Shown: positions 1 to 9,523, counted from the first letter of the stretch. The stretch: 32,000 bases of DNA from Pyrodictium delaneyi (GCF_001412615.1 NZ_CP013011.1:960001-992000), one strand, 5' to 3'. Made by a program: numbers and translations. The notes: generated by a model from the letters alone, not told the origin.

Positions 1-757
1 TATCGAGCGAGTTGCCTACGACCAGGCTTACAGCTACGGTCTCGCCCATGGCTCTGCCGAAGGCGAGCACGAGACCCGCTATTATGCTGGGTCTTACCGC
101 GCCTAGGAGGATCCTTATTGTCTCGAATCGCGTAGCCCCGATGCTGTAAGCCGCTTCCCGTATGTGCCGGGGCAGCATGGAGTATGCTTCGCGTATTACT
201 GCTGCCGCGTAGGGCACGATCATTATGCCAAGCATTACACCTGCAGTGGCTATAGTGTATCCCGTCACTGGTGGCTCGCTGAAGAAGGGTATCCAGCTGA
301 AATGCTGGTACATGAAGTCTAGGAACTCCTTCATGGTTGGTGCTAGATAGGTGGCGCCCCAGACACCATAGACTATGGTGGGTGTTGCAGCCATGAGGTC
401 TACTAGTATCGACACCACACCCCGGAGGCGTCTAGGGGTAAGCTCCTCAATGGCTACAGCCAAGCCTACTGCGAGTGGTGCAGCTATTAGTATGGCTATT
501 GTGCTAGTGTAGAGTGTCCCATAGATTGCTGCAAGTAATCCATACTTCTCCTTCTCTGGGTTGTCCTCTACCGCTTTCCATACATTCTCAATGAATATGG
601 ATATGCCTTCACGCTTGAGTATCGGGAGCGATTTTAGCAATATGACTGCAAGCATCGAGGACAGTATAAGGAAGACTAGAAGTGGTACGGGGAGGTGGAC
701 TAGGAAGAACCGTTTATCGTCACGGCTACGGAGCCGTGGAAGGAATCCCCCTACCAT
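1..757 (-). CDS. pstC: Phosphate ABC transporter permease PstC; the C-terminus runs off the window, and the gene is absent from the supplied ORF track
   Basis: My own minus-strand translation from the ATG at 757 gives MVGGFLPRLRSRDDKRFFLVHLPVPLLVFLILSSMLAVILL... It contains several hydrophobic helices and the ABC-permease loop REAAYSIGATRFETIRILLGAVRPSIIAGLVLAFGRAMGETVAVSLVVGN. The frame stays open to base 1 and the gene lies directly downstream of pstS. Confidence 0.8.
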   Translation of the reverse strand, partial: MVGGFLPRLRSRDDKRFFLVHLPVPLLVFLILSSMLAVILLKSLPILKREGISIFIENVWKAVEDNPEKEKYGLLAAIYGTLYTSTIAILIAAPLAVGLAVAIEELTPRRLRGVVSILVDLMAATPTIVYGVWGATYLAPTMKEFLDFMYQHFSWIPFFSEPPVTGYTIATAGVMLGIMIVPYAAAVIREAYSMLPRHIREAAYSIGATRFETIRILLGAVRPSIIAGLVLAFGRAMGETVAVSLVVGNSLD

Positions 758-849
758 TAGGGTAAAAACGCGCTTACGCCTTGCGGAGGCCGGGCCTCCC
801 TTCAACTCCAGCGATACCCCGCTACTAGTTCATGAGCTACTGCTGGGCG

Positions 850-1989
850 TTAACCTCCGCACTCCAGGAGCTGGGCTGCCTGGGATACTACCTTCTTTAG
901 CTGCTCGGGTAACGGTGCATAGCCCCTAGGCAGGTTGTCTTGACCCTGAGACCCTATGTATTCTATGAATGCTTTCATAGCGTTACACTTGGCTGAATCA
1001 TCCCAGCTTCTCCACACTAGGAGGAATGTCTGGCCCGCAAGTGGGTATGCATCAGGGCTTGCCGATGAGTATACAAACTCCTTAGCTACATCACTCCAAT
1101 CGTCTAGCGGGCTAGGCGGATTATCTATAGCGAAGGCTGCCGATATGCTTTCTGTGCTGGGTGCTACAAACTTGCCTGCTGGGTTCTGGAGCCTCGCATA
1201 GGGCAACCCGTACTCTAGCGCATAGGCCCACTCAACGTAGCCTATCGAGTAGGGTGTGGACTTAATCGCCTGGGTTACGCCCTGGTTGCCCTCCTGGCCT
1301 ATACCCCGGCCCGTCTTGTCAACAGGCCATTCGACGCTTTTTCCGACTCCTACTTTCTCTCTCCACTCGCTACAAGTCTTTGCGAGGAAGGTTGTGAAGA
1401 TCTGGGTAGTACCACTCGAGTCGCTACGATGCACAGCTATTATCTCCCGGTGTGGTAGTTTGTCCGCAACTGCCGGGTTGAGCTGCTTTATGGCCGGGTC
1501 GTCCCAGTAGATTATCTCGCCAAGGTATATCTTTGCTATCACTTCACCTGTTAGGTTTAACTGTGCATCCCCTATCTCCGGTATATTATATACTACGACC
1601 ACCGCGCCAAGCGCTACTGGGAACTGTAGTATCTCACCCTGGTGTTTCTGCCACTTGCTGCGGGGTAGCGGAGGATCGCTGGCAGCAAAATCTACGAGCC
1701 GGCTGAGGAGATCGCTTACACCTTTACCGCTTCCGCCACCAGTATATTCTATCTCGATATTAGGGTGTCCCCTCGTGAACTCTTCTATCCAGTTATCCAT
1801 AGCTGGTTTCACGAATGTTGATCCGCTGCCAAGCAGGCTTACCGTCTCCTCTCCAACGCTGTTAGCCACTGGCCTCTGAGTTAACTCCTTGTACTGGTTT
1901 AGAGCTTTGAGTGAAATACCCAAGGCTACTAGGGATATTATTAGTGCCACTACCGCGATCATACGGGTTTCCATACCAGTACACCTCAT
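850..1989 (-). CDS. pstS: Phosphate ABC transporter substrate-binding protein PstS
   Basis: This is a 379-aa ORF. It has an N-terminal hydrophobic anchor (IAVVALIISLVALGISL) followed by PstS-type motifs GSGSTFVKPAMDNWIEEF and YTGGGSGKG. It is followed by pstC on the same strand. Confidence 0.9.
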   Translation of the reverse strand: MRCTGMETRMIAVVALIISLVALGISLKALNQYKELTQRPVANSVGEETVSLLGSGSTFVKPAMDNWIEEFTRGHPNIEIEYTGGGSGKGVSDLLSRLVDFAASDPPLPRSKWQKHQGEILQFPVALGAVVVVYNIPEIGDAQLNLTGEVIAKIYLGEIIYWDDPAIKQLNPAVADKLPHREIIAVHRSDSSGTTQIFTTFLAKTCSEWREKVGVGKSVEWPVDKTGRGIGQEGNQGVTQAIKSTPYSIGYVEWAYALEYGLPYARLQNPAGKFVAPSTESISAAFAIDNPPSPLDDWSDVAKEFVYSSASPDAYPLAGQTFLLVWRSWDDSAKCNAMKAFIEYIGSQGQDNLPRGYAPLPEQLKKVVSQAAQLLECGG

Positions 1990-2310
1990 GACTCCTTACC
2001 GATTTAGCACCGGGCTTCGAGTCTATAGCGTTGTCCCGTGTTAGGGCCGAGTGCTCTAGGGTCTATAGAGTTCTACTTATAGCATCTATAGACCGTCTAG
2101 CGCCGATGTAGAGGGGTCTGGTGTATTTAGAGGAGTATAGAGGGAGTATATAGAAGGCTGAAGGATGCTCAGCCTAGGTGTTGTACCGCATGGCCCCGGG
2201 CCGGGGCTTCCGGGGCTCGGCCTCGGCTGTAGTCAGCACTTCCCGGAATACTTCTAAGGCTTGTACGGGTAGGTATAAGTCTCAGAACTACACCACGTAC
2301 TACAATTATT

Positions 2311-2345
2311 GGGGTTTCCTGGGCTCCACGGAATCCCCTTTATAT
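2311..2345 (+). promoter_or_regulatory. TATA box TTTATAT (2339-2345) preceded by the inverted repeat GGGGTTTCC-N10-GGAATCCCC (2311-2319 / 2330-2338)
   Basis: The TATA box ends 23 nt before the ATG at 2368, which fits a leaderless transcript. The inverted repeat pairs at 8 of 9 positions and abuts the TATA/BRE position, so it is a candidate operator. Confidence 0.4.
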
Positions 2346-2367
2346 GTGCCTGGAGGGACTCCAAGCT

Positions 2368-2712
2368 ATGCCTGTAGTCTCGCTTAAAGTCCTACCTGTA
2401 GGCGTAGGTACTAGTCTATCTCGCTATGTGGCTCGAGTCGTAGCCCTATTAGAGGCTCACGGGTACAAACCCATAGTCACTCCCGACACCACGGTCATTC
2501 ATGTTCGAGATCTAAGCGAAGTTGGTGCAATAGTCAGAATGATTCACGACGAGTTATATAGCATGGGTGTTCCACGTATAGTAACGATAGTCATGATTGA
2601 TGACAGGAGGGACGTCGAAGAATCCAGCCCCGAAGAGTTAGTACAACGAGTGATACGACACATTGAGGAAGAGAGGAAGAACGTTCGTGGAGACGTACAT
2701 GGCGTGATGTAG
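2368..2712 (+). CDS. MTH1187/YkoF-like protein (UPF0045 / thiamine-binding-like family)
   Basis: MPVVSLKVLPVGVGTSLSRYVARVVALLEAHGYKPIVTP...PRIVTIVMIDDRRD matches the recalled MTH1187 family pattern. The ORF-track start at 2344 lies inside the TATA box, so I prefer the internal ATG at 2368. Confidence 0.65.
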   Translation: MPVVSLKVLPVGVGTSLSRYVARVVALLEAHGYKPIVTPDTTVIHVRDLSEVGAIVRMIHDELYSMGVPRIVTIVMIDDRRDVEESSPEELVQRVIRHIEEERKNVRGDVHGVM

Positions 2713-2714
2713 GG

Positions 2715-3767
2715 CTAGTAGCGAGGTAAGAGGTAGTAACGGTTATTGTAGACAAGCAATTCTGCCTCTACCCCTTCTTTTAGTTTCCCCTCAATACTGG
2801 TATCTCGACGAGGAATTTCCAGATATTCATAACTGCCGTCGAGATATTGCAGGTGTATCCAGCCCGGTTCTAGCGCTACTACAAGTACACGCCGGTGGTC
2901 ATCTAGCCGGGGCTCGTGAAGTTGCCGCCACGCCTCTTCCACTGTTAACCGGTGTAGTCTACTACTGCCGAGCTGACGTACCAATACATAGCCACGGTCT
3001 ATCTCTTCTACGCGCGCCAGCGATCCCTGGTACTCTACTAACGTCCCCGGCTTGAAGAAGGGTAAACGAACAGATAGCGTGAGTCGCGACACGCGGCGGC
3101 CGTCGTTCCTCCTGCCCACTACCTTATGGCTCTCTTTCACTCTGGCTGCTAGCCGGCTGCGCAGCCTCGCAGCGAGGCTTCTAGCTGCATTCTGGTCTAA
3201 CATCTTGAGGTCTATACCTTCACGGAGTTCGTCTACCGATAGGATAACGCTCTCTATGGATTCTCCCAGTTCGTCTATAATCTCTTCAACAGCGATTCTA
3301 TCGTCCTCACTTAGCCTACCATTGTATCCTCTAACCTGCACGATAGCTGTAGGAACTCCTGCCGCCCGCTGGAAACATACCGGGCATATTTGCTTCTGTA
3401 CCACGACAGGCACACTATAGACTATGGTGTCCTCATGCTCCATGCCTTGTAGCCGGCCAGCTACACGCACCAGAGCCTGCTCAGCATCATAGTCTATTTC
3501 GACGCCCTCAACCCGGTAGTACTCTGTATGTTCGGTTGGCTTGAAGCTCGCCTGGAATACTAGTGCTGCAACATCCTCCAGTCCGCCATCACCTGGTGGA
3601 GGGAACCAACGCCCTTGATACCGGTAGCTCCCACATCTCGTGCAAACCGCTAGCTGCAGCTTTGCAGGCGGCCTACCAAACCCATATAGTTCTAGATAAC
3701 ACTTGGAACATAACCTTCCATCTACAAGCTTGTCTACTTCACGTCCACAGCGTATACACATAGGCAT
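2715..3767 (-). CDS. nmd3: NMD3-family protein (archaeal homologue of the 60S export adaptor)
   Basis: The N-terminus carries the Cys clusters CIRCG..CSKC, CTRCG and CPVC. The length (350 aa) and layout are typical of archaeal NMD3. Confidence 0.75.
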   Translation of the reverse strand: MPMCIRCGREVDKLVDGRLCSKCYLELYGFGRPPAKLQLAVCTRCGSYRYQGRWFPPPGDGGLEDVAALVFQASFKPTEHTEYYRVEGVEIDYDAEQALVRVAGRLQGMEHEDTIVYSVPVVVQKQICPVCFQRAAGVPTAIVQVRGYNGRLSEDDRIAVEEIIDELGESIESVILSVDELREGIDLKMLDQNAARSLAARLRSRLAARVKESHKVVGRRNDGRRVSRLTLSVRLPFFKPGTLVEYQGSLARVEEIDRGYVLVRQLGSSRLHRLTVEEAWRQLHEPRLDDHRRVLVVALEPGWIHLQYLDGSYEYLEIPRRDTSIEGKLKEGVEAELLVYNNRYYLLPRY

Positions 3768-3931
3768 CTCAGCCTACACCCTCCCATGTCAGCAGATGTC
3801 GCTACATGTAACGCCCCGTGACCCGATTGGTTCACGGCTACTTTCTGCTCGTCTGGGGGTGTATCTATTCTGCGGACCTCTCGGGAAACAATGTTATAGT
3901 TATAAAGCTCCAGCACGGTGACCTCTAACTC

Positions 3932-5545
3932 ATGGTAGGGGCATCCCTAAGATGGTTCGAGGAAGTATTCTATCAGGTAAGGTGTCATGATGCCTTGTCC
4001 TTTCGGTGTCCAGTAGTATATAGTGCTGAACGGATCTATACAGGGTTTAAGCCGACTAGATACGTTGAGGCAGTAACAGTCTACGGTGGATACGTGGTCT
4101 ATGCTGGGTTCCTCGGCGATGCCATGCGTGCTGCACAGGAGATATCCGCTGCTGTTGGCTGCGGCAAGCCAAGACTTGTGGAGTTCGATGGAGTTATTGT
4201 GCCAGGGTTTGTTGACGCTCACCTACACATACGCGGCATAGGTGCCACGAAGTACTCTATCGACTTGTCAGACACGGAGTCCCTGGAGGAGCTTCTCGAG
4301 CTTGTTAGGCATGAGGCGGATAGATTCAACGACTGGGTCCTCGGCAGGGGTTGGGACCAGGAGCGGCTAGGCGGTTGGCCTACACGCTACGAGCTAGACG
4401 AGGTCGTCCCTGATAAACCCGTGGTGTTGCTCCGTGTCTGTGGCCACGCCGCAGCACTGAATACCAAAGCAATGGAGGCTCTAGGGCTGCTAGAGTCTAG
4501 CAGCCCACTCGTAGACCGTGGCTGCGACGGCAAGCCTACAGGCCTCGTGTTTGAGGAGTTAGCTGCCCAGGCCTACCGTGAGGCTATACAGAGTCTTGAC
4601 CCGGTCCGCCTCGTTGTCGAGGGTGCTGAAGAGGCTCTACGATACGGTATAACACTGGCCGGTGCAATGGATGTGGATGCTCACGTGTTCCGGGGCCTCG
4701 TCGCCGCTAGGCGGATGGGATTGCTTCGTCTACGCCTCCGCGTCTACCTTTCACAAGAGCTTTTCGAAAAGTTGGACCAGCTAGGGGCTGTCCCGGTGCT
4801 CGGAGACAACTTGCTCCGCGTTGTTGGAGTTAAGCTCTACATGGACGGGAGCCTTGGCGCGCGGACTGCATGGCTCCGAGAGCCCTATAGCGATGAGCCC
4901 AGGTCGAGGGGCCGGAGGCTTCTCTCCGCAGAAGATCTTGCCAATATTGCATCGAGGGCGCGTAAATGGCGGCTAGATGTGGCTGTACATGCCATAGGCG
5001 ACGCAGCTGTAGAAGAGGCGTTAAGGGGCTTTGCTGCCTCGGGATGCAAGTGTAGGCTTGAACATGCTAGCTTAGCGCCACCTGACCTAGTCGAGAAGAT
5101 GGCCTCGCTAGGGGTGAGGGTCGCAGTTCAGCCCCGGTTCCTGGTGAGCGATTCCTGGGCCGTGGATAGGCTCGGCCCCGGGAGGGCTAGGTGGCTATAC
5201 CCGTTCCGCAGCATGCTTACATCCGGGGTGTTACTTGGGTTCTCGAGTGACGCTCCTGTAGAGCCCCTAAACCCGCTTGAAGGAATCTATTCCGCCGTCA
5301 CGCGTGGCACTTTAGCACAGTATACTATGAGAGAGGCTCTCGACGTCGAAACCGCGTTGCATCTTTACACTGCTGGTTCCGCCCTATTGCTAGGCGAGAC
5401 GAGAGCAGGCTGCCTTGAGCTGGGTTGCTTCGCGGACATGGCTGTGCTTGACCGCGACCCGCTGGAAGTTGACGTAGAGGAGATCACTGGAATAGGCTTC
5501 AACGCCACGATAGTGGCGGGAGAGACCGTATGGCAGAGGAGTTAG
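3932..5545 (+). CDS. Metal-dependent amidohydrolase, YtcJ-like (amidohydrolase_3)
   Basis: The protein has an intact HxH motif in PGFVDAHLH, plus KLYMDGSLGARTAW, VAVHAIGD and FSSDAPV blocks. A TATA box TTATAAAG at 3900-3907 lies about 25 nt upstream of the ATG at 3932. Confidence 0.8.
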   Translation: MVGASLRWFEEVFYQVRCHDALSFRCPVVYSAERIYTGFKPTRYVEAVTVYGGYVVYAGFLGDAMRAAQEISAAVGCGKPRLVEFDGVIVPGFVDAHLHIRGIGATKYSIDLSDTESLEELLELVRHEADRFNDWVLGRGWDQERLGGWPTRYELDEVVPDKPVVLLRVCGHAAALNTKAMEALGLLESSSPLVDRGCDGKPTGLVFEELAAQAYREAIQSLDPVRLVVEGAEEALRYGITLAGAMDVDAHVFRGLVAARRMGLLRLRLRVYLSQELFEKLDQLGAVPVLGDNLLRVVGVKLYMDGSLGARTAWLREPYSDEPRSRGRRLLSAEDLANIASRARKWRLDVAVHAIGDAAVEEALRGFAASGCKCRLEHASLAPPDLVEKMASLGVRVAVQPRFLVSDSWAVDRLGPGRARWLYPFRSMLTSGVLLGFSSDAPVEPLNPLEGIYSAVTRGTLAQYTMREALDVETALHLYTAGSALLLGETRAGCLELGCFADMAVLDRDPLEVDVEEITGIGFNATIVAGETVWQRS

Positions 5546-6435
5546 CATGCCAGAGCCTAGCTCGGGCTTGTGCAGCCGCCGTAGTGGTGGATGCTGCTGT
5601 CCCACGGCCCGGGCTTTCTAGCTTCCAGAGGCCGAGACGAGACCTAGACCCTCTGGGCTTTGCCGGACTCGCCCCCCTGGCGTATGAAGCATGCCTCTGT
5701 AGTTGCCTAGGGGCGCTCCACGGCTCAGCTAGTGACTGGGTGGAGTGCTGGTTATCCTCCGTGGGGGCCATGGCGACGAGCTGGGGAAACCCCGGGCTCG
5801 GGAGCCTATTCCTCTTATCGCTACAGGCTGCTGCGCTCGGCCTCTCACTCCGCCGAGGCAGAGGAGACTCCGTGGAGGCTGTTATGGCGTCTAGCCGCAT
5901 AGTAGTCGATGAGAGTGGTGTTGAAGCTGCTGTAGCCTTCTATCGTGGCCTCCAGCTCGTAAGCCCGAGATACCTGGCCCGAATATCGTGGAGCGGACTG
6001 CCAGAGGTCGATGGCAGGCACTCGCTTGAGATGCTCCGCGAGGCCAGGGTGACGCTGAGAGCCTTGTTGGAGGCTGCCTCGCTCTACGACCCGGTGTCCC
6101 GTGATGCCGTCTCGTTTATGGCGCTTAGTCTTGGCATGGTGCTGCCTATTCTCCGGGAGGAGGACTGCCTAGAAAGGGGTGTGCGTCGGGCAACGTACAC
6201 GTTAGCTGGGCTTGAGGGCGACCTGCTACTGTCGAGGAAGGCTGGTTCTATCTGTTCCGAGCTATGGCTGAGAGCAGCCGAAGGCGATAGAAGGGCCGAA
6301 AAGGAGCTATGGAGGGTTCTGGAGAGCACCGGGCCAGGCTCGATAGCCGATGTAGTGGTTAACGCTGTTGCCAGGCTTCTCTACGAGTATTTGCACGGCT
6401 CTATGCTTGCTCCGAGGCTTTTTTGCCACGCATGA
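5530..6435 (+). CDS. Possible CitG/MdcB-like triphosphoribosyl-dephospho-CoA synthase family protein
   Basis: AAVVVDAAVPRPGLSSFQRPRRDLDPLGF resembles the CitG N-terminal E..PKPGLVD....G.H.DM block, and the protein is Ala/Leu-rich and helical throughout. The match is weak and from memory only. Confidence 0.4.
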   Translation: MAEELACQSLARACAAAVVVDAAVPRPGLSSFQRPRRDLDPLGFAGLAPLAYEACLCSCLGALHGSASDWVECWLSSVGAMATSWGNPGLGSLFLLSLQAAALGLSLRRGRGDSVEAVMASSRIVVDESGVEAAVAFYRGLQLVSPRYLARISWSGLPEVDGRHSLEMLREARVTLRALLEAASLYDPVSRDAVSFMALSLGMVLPILREEDCLERGVRRATYTLAGLEGDLLLSRKAGSICSELWLRAAEGDRRAEKELWRVLESTGPGSIADVVVNAVARLLYEYLHGSMLAPRLFCHA

Positions 6436-9400
6436 CGACTATCCTACCCTTCTCGGCTGCCAGCGCGATACGGTACGCAGCAATAGCCATGGCGGAGGCT
6501 AGGCTCCGGAGGGCTGTCTCCAGTTCTTCGGAGTCGTGGCGTGCCTTCGCCCGGTTAGCCCATTCTAGGTAGCTCCTTATCCGCGGCTCTACAAGCATGA
6601 GCAGCGGTGTGTCGCCGGCTAGCCTGGCAGCCTGCTCTGCTGCGTCGACGAGACGGCCCTCGTGCTCAGCCCCGCGGAGCGCTAGTACGCCCGTATAGCT
6701 GCCAGCGAGCATGCGGAGGAGCATGTTGCGCTGATCCTGCCCGTAGTAGGCTACGCGCAAGCCCTGGCTCAGTATCCTGTCTAGATGGCGGAGGGCTAGC
6801 CGAGCCATCTCAGATGCCGACTCCAGGCTCGCTCTACCCCTATAGCTGTCCACTTCTACCCGCTCTCCGTCATAGCTGGCTACGGCTGCCACTGCCACAG
6901 TCTGACCATTGTCCTCAATGGTCTCATGTACTACCGCTATTGCTCCAAGCCCATGACTCCGCGAAGGCCTGGGATGTTCTATTATCACGCCGCCGGCCTG
7001 TATAGTCTTTGAGCCCGCTATTACCCGGGCTGCTTGGGCAGCGAGCTCCCTCAGCCGCTTTATGGAGACTTCTCCACGCATTACGCGCAGCGCAGAGACA
7101 GGATCAACAGCTGCTAGCAGGGGCACTGTTATGCCCGGGTATTCGTAACTCTGCGCCTTCTCTGCGACCTCGAGCCAATCAAGCGTATCGAGGAGTCCTG
7201 CTGACTCGCGCTCCCAGAGGTGTATCAGCTTCACAGGCCCCGCGGAGACGACGCGATAACGTATGAGCCCTAGAGGTATAGCGTAGCGAGGGTCTAGCCG
7301 CAAGTACACCATTAGCGCTGCTAGACCTAGACGGAGATCCTCAGCCGATAACGTACCCGGGGCTTCAAATACATAGCCATAGGTGTAGTCACGATACCGC
7401 CCGGCAACCGGCGCGTTAAGCTCTATCGACGCCATCTCATGGTAGACCCGTACCATCCCGGTAGGCCGGCTAGCTAGGCGGGGGCGGCGGCTCTCAACGA
7501 GCCATTCGACTTCCACTGGCTCCTCTACTAGCTCACCGAAACCTCCCGTCGGCGCAGACACGTTGAGCACCACGGCAGTGTATATCCTGCCGTAGCGGAG
7601 GTCGTTCTCGAAGCCTGGTCTCTCGCCCCACGCCCGCTTAAGATCCTCATACCTGGATACTGCACGGGCTATCCAGTCGTGTTCTGCGATAGCCTCGTCG
7701 GGAGGCTGCTCGTAGACCCGGAGTTCCCGAGGTTCTACTTTTACCACTAGCATCTCGCTCATAGGGTCATAGGTGCCGGGCTGATACTTCTCGACCGCAT
7801 CACGGTGTGATATTTCCTCGCTACGTATCAGTGTTTCCCGGCCTCTACGGATAAGCACCTTACGGTAGCCATAGGGCGGACCATGTTCATAGAAGCCTAG
7901 GTCGCTCCAGAACGCCTTGCCTCGCCGGCTCAAGGTGAGCCTACTGCCGTTGAGAGAGGTGTATTCCTCTACTAGGCCCAACCGGCGTAGAAGTTGCTCT
8001 TCACTTGGATCGAGTTCTAGGCCGCGCAGTAGTTTCCACATAGCCTTGAATATAGCTGCATAGGCATTGGATGGGTTTATGTAGAGCTTCTCCAGGGGTA
8101 GACCGAGCCACTGCTTCAGGGCCGAGCTACCGGCCTCCAGCAGCTTCCGGTCCCAGAGCCCCGAAGGCACGACTATGGTCTCTGTGACGCCTAGCTCGCG
8201 GCGACGCCCCTTCCTCCCCTCCCTCTGCATGTACTCCCGAAGGTCGGCTGGGAGCCCTATGTGGACGACACGGTTGACACTCCCAATGTCTATACCCTGG
8301 GCGAGCGTTCTGACCGTTATTATCATCGCGATCTGTCCTTTGCGAGCAGCCTCTTCTATCCTCTCACGCCGCTCCTTAGAGACAAGGTGGTGATGCACAC
8401 CTACGAGCCTCTGCTTGTCTGCTGGTAGTCTTTCGAGGAGGCCGCGGTACAGTCTCTCAGCCATGCGTATACTCCGGGTAAAGACTAGGGTCACGTTGCC
8501 CGGCTCGGAGGCCTCTAGTATGGTCTGGAGTATCTCTACCGGATCTAGGCCGGGTCGGGGAGGTCTCAGCCCTAGGGCCTCAAGGGCTTCGTAGACCTCG
8601 TAGAGGTGTTCGCGGAACTCCTCCTCGTTATACACAATGTCCATTATCCAGGGTGCACGGGAAGCTATAACGCTAGAGTATGCACGTATATAGTCCCGTA
8701 GTGCCTCCAGACCCTTACCGATCACTATGATTGTCCGGTTAGGCGTCTTGAATGGTCGGCCCTCGATTATCCTGGTCTCGCGGCCCGTAAGCCTCGTCAA
8801 CAGTGATGCCAGTTCATCGGGGTTGCCGAGCGTCGCTGAGAGCACGACAACGCGCGGCGGCCGGGAGGCAAGGTACCGTGAGATTAGCTCCACGATGGCT
8901 AGTAGGAGGTGAGCGCCCCGGGGCCCGTAGAAGTCTAGCTCATCGAACACTATGAGGTCTAGCGACGAGATAAAGTCCTCCAACACAGCACGGTGCGGGT
9001 GGAGGGCTAGTCTCTTCATTTCGGCGAGGAGGAACGCTGGATTCGTTACCACGATTCGTGCTTGGTGGATTAACTTTAGCAGTTCATCGCCACGTTGTCC
9101 CTTCTTCTCTATACTAGGCCGGTCTATACGCACTACTGCTCCACGGCGTCCCGCCAGGCTGTAGTACTCTTCGAGCCTCCGTATCTGGTCAGCAGCCAGA
9201 GCTAGAGTAGGATAGACTGCTAGGACACGCCAGCCTTCACGTAAAGCTGCCAGTGCCCACGCTTCAGTCTTACCTGAACCTGTCCGGGCTGTCAGCACAA
9301 CGTTCATACCGGCAGTTAGCGCCTCTATGGACTCTAGCTGGTGACGATAAAGCCGTAGCTCACCTTTCCCGCTACCCGCGAGGGCCGGAACGATGTCTCC

Positions 9401-9523
9401 AAAACGTTTCCCGGTCTGCTCTGGCTCTTCGCCCGGCTCTTCCCAGAGCAACACCTCGTAGCCGAGGCTCCTCAGCGCTGCTGCGACCTTGCTGGCCCCG
9501 CCCATGTTGTTACGCCTACCCAT
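6401..9523 (-). CDS. Superfamily-2 DEAD/DEAH-type helicase (YprA/MrfA-Lhr-like core) with an uncharacterised C-terminal region of about 580 aa
   Basis: Helicase motifs read from the translation are: LYRHQLESI; motif I TARTGSGKTEA; Ia VYPTLALAADQ; VVTNPAFL; II VFDELDFY; III LSATLGNP; VI QREGRKGRR. The RecA core ends near aa 455. The rest includes a DUF1998-like opening (EKYQPGTYDP...VVKVEP) but no Cys. I found no cysteine anywhere in the 1040 aa. Confidence 0.85.
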   Translation of the reverse strand: MGRRNNMGGASKVAAALRSLGYEVLLWEEPGEEPEQTGKRFGDIVPALAGSGKGELRLYRHQLESIEALTAGMNVVLTARTGSGKTEAWALAALREGWRVLAVYPTLALAADQIRRLEEYYSLAGRRGAVVRIDRPSIEKKGQRGDELLKLIHQARIVVTNPAFLLAEMKRLALHPHRAVLEDFISSLDLIVFDELDFYGPRGAHLLLAIVELISRYLASRPPRVVVLSATLGNPDELASLLTRLTGRETRIIEGRPFKTPNRTIIVIGKGLEALRDYIRAYSSVIASRAPWIMDIVYNEEEFREHLYEVYEALEALGLRPPRPGLDPVEILQTILEASEPGNVTLVFTRSIRMAERLYRGLLERLPADKQRLVGVHHHLVSKERRERIEEAARKGQIAMIITVRTLAQGIDIGSVNRVVHIGLPADLREYMQREGRKGRRRELGVTETIVVPSGLWDRKLLEAGSSALKQWLGLPLEKLYINPSNAYAAIFKAMWKLLRGLELDPSEEQLLRRLGLVEEYTSLNGSRLTLSRRGKAFWSDLGFYEHGPPYGYRKVLIRRGRETLIRSEEISHRDAVEKYQPGTYDPMSEMLVVKVEPRELRVYEQPPDEAIAEHDWIARAVSRYEDLKRAWGERPGFENDLRYGRIYTAVVLNVSAPTGGFGELVEEPVEVEWLVESRRPRLASRPTGMVRVYHEMASIELNAPVAGRYRDYTYGYVFEAPGTLSAEDLRLGLAALMVYLRLDPRYAIPLGLIRYRVVSAGPVKLIHLWERESAGLLDTLDWLEVAEKAQSYEYPGITVPLLAAVDPVSALRVMRGEVSIKRLRELAAQAARVIAGSKTIQAGGVIIEHPRPSRSHGLGAIAVVHETIEDNGQTVAVAAVASYDGERVEVDSYRGRASLESASEMARLALRHLDRILSQGLRVAYYGQDQRNMLLRMLAGSYTGVLALRGAEHEGRLVDAAEQAARLAGDTPLLMLVEPRIRSYLEWANRAKARHDSEELETALRSLASAMAIAAYRIALAAEKGRIVVMRGKKASEQA

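Noticed and set aside
561-1879. Plus-strand ORFs 561-929, 956-1201, 1256-1510 and 1655-1879
   Set aside because: They lie antisense to the well-supported pstC and pstS genes. Their translations are Ser/Arg/Leu-rich and low in complexity, and I recognise no motifs. They are shadow ORFs.
2185-2235. GC-rich tract considered as a tRNA or other RNA gene
   Set aside because: I could not build a cloverleaf or find conserved tRNA boxes. Only a simple GCCCCGG/CCGGGGC hairpin is present. It is retained only as part of the pstS-upstream finding.
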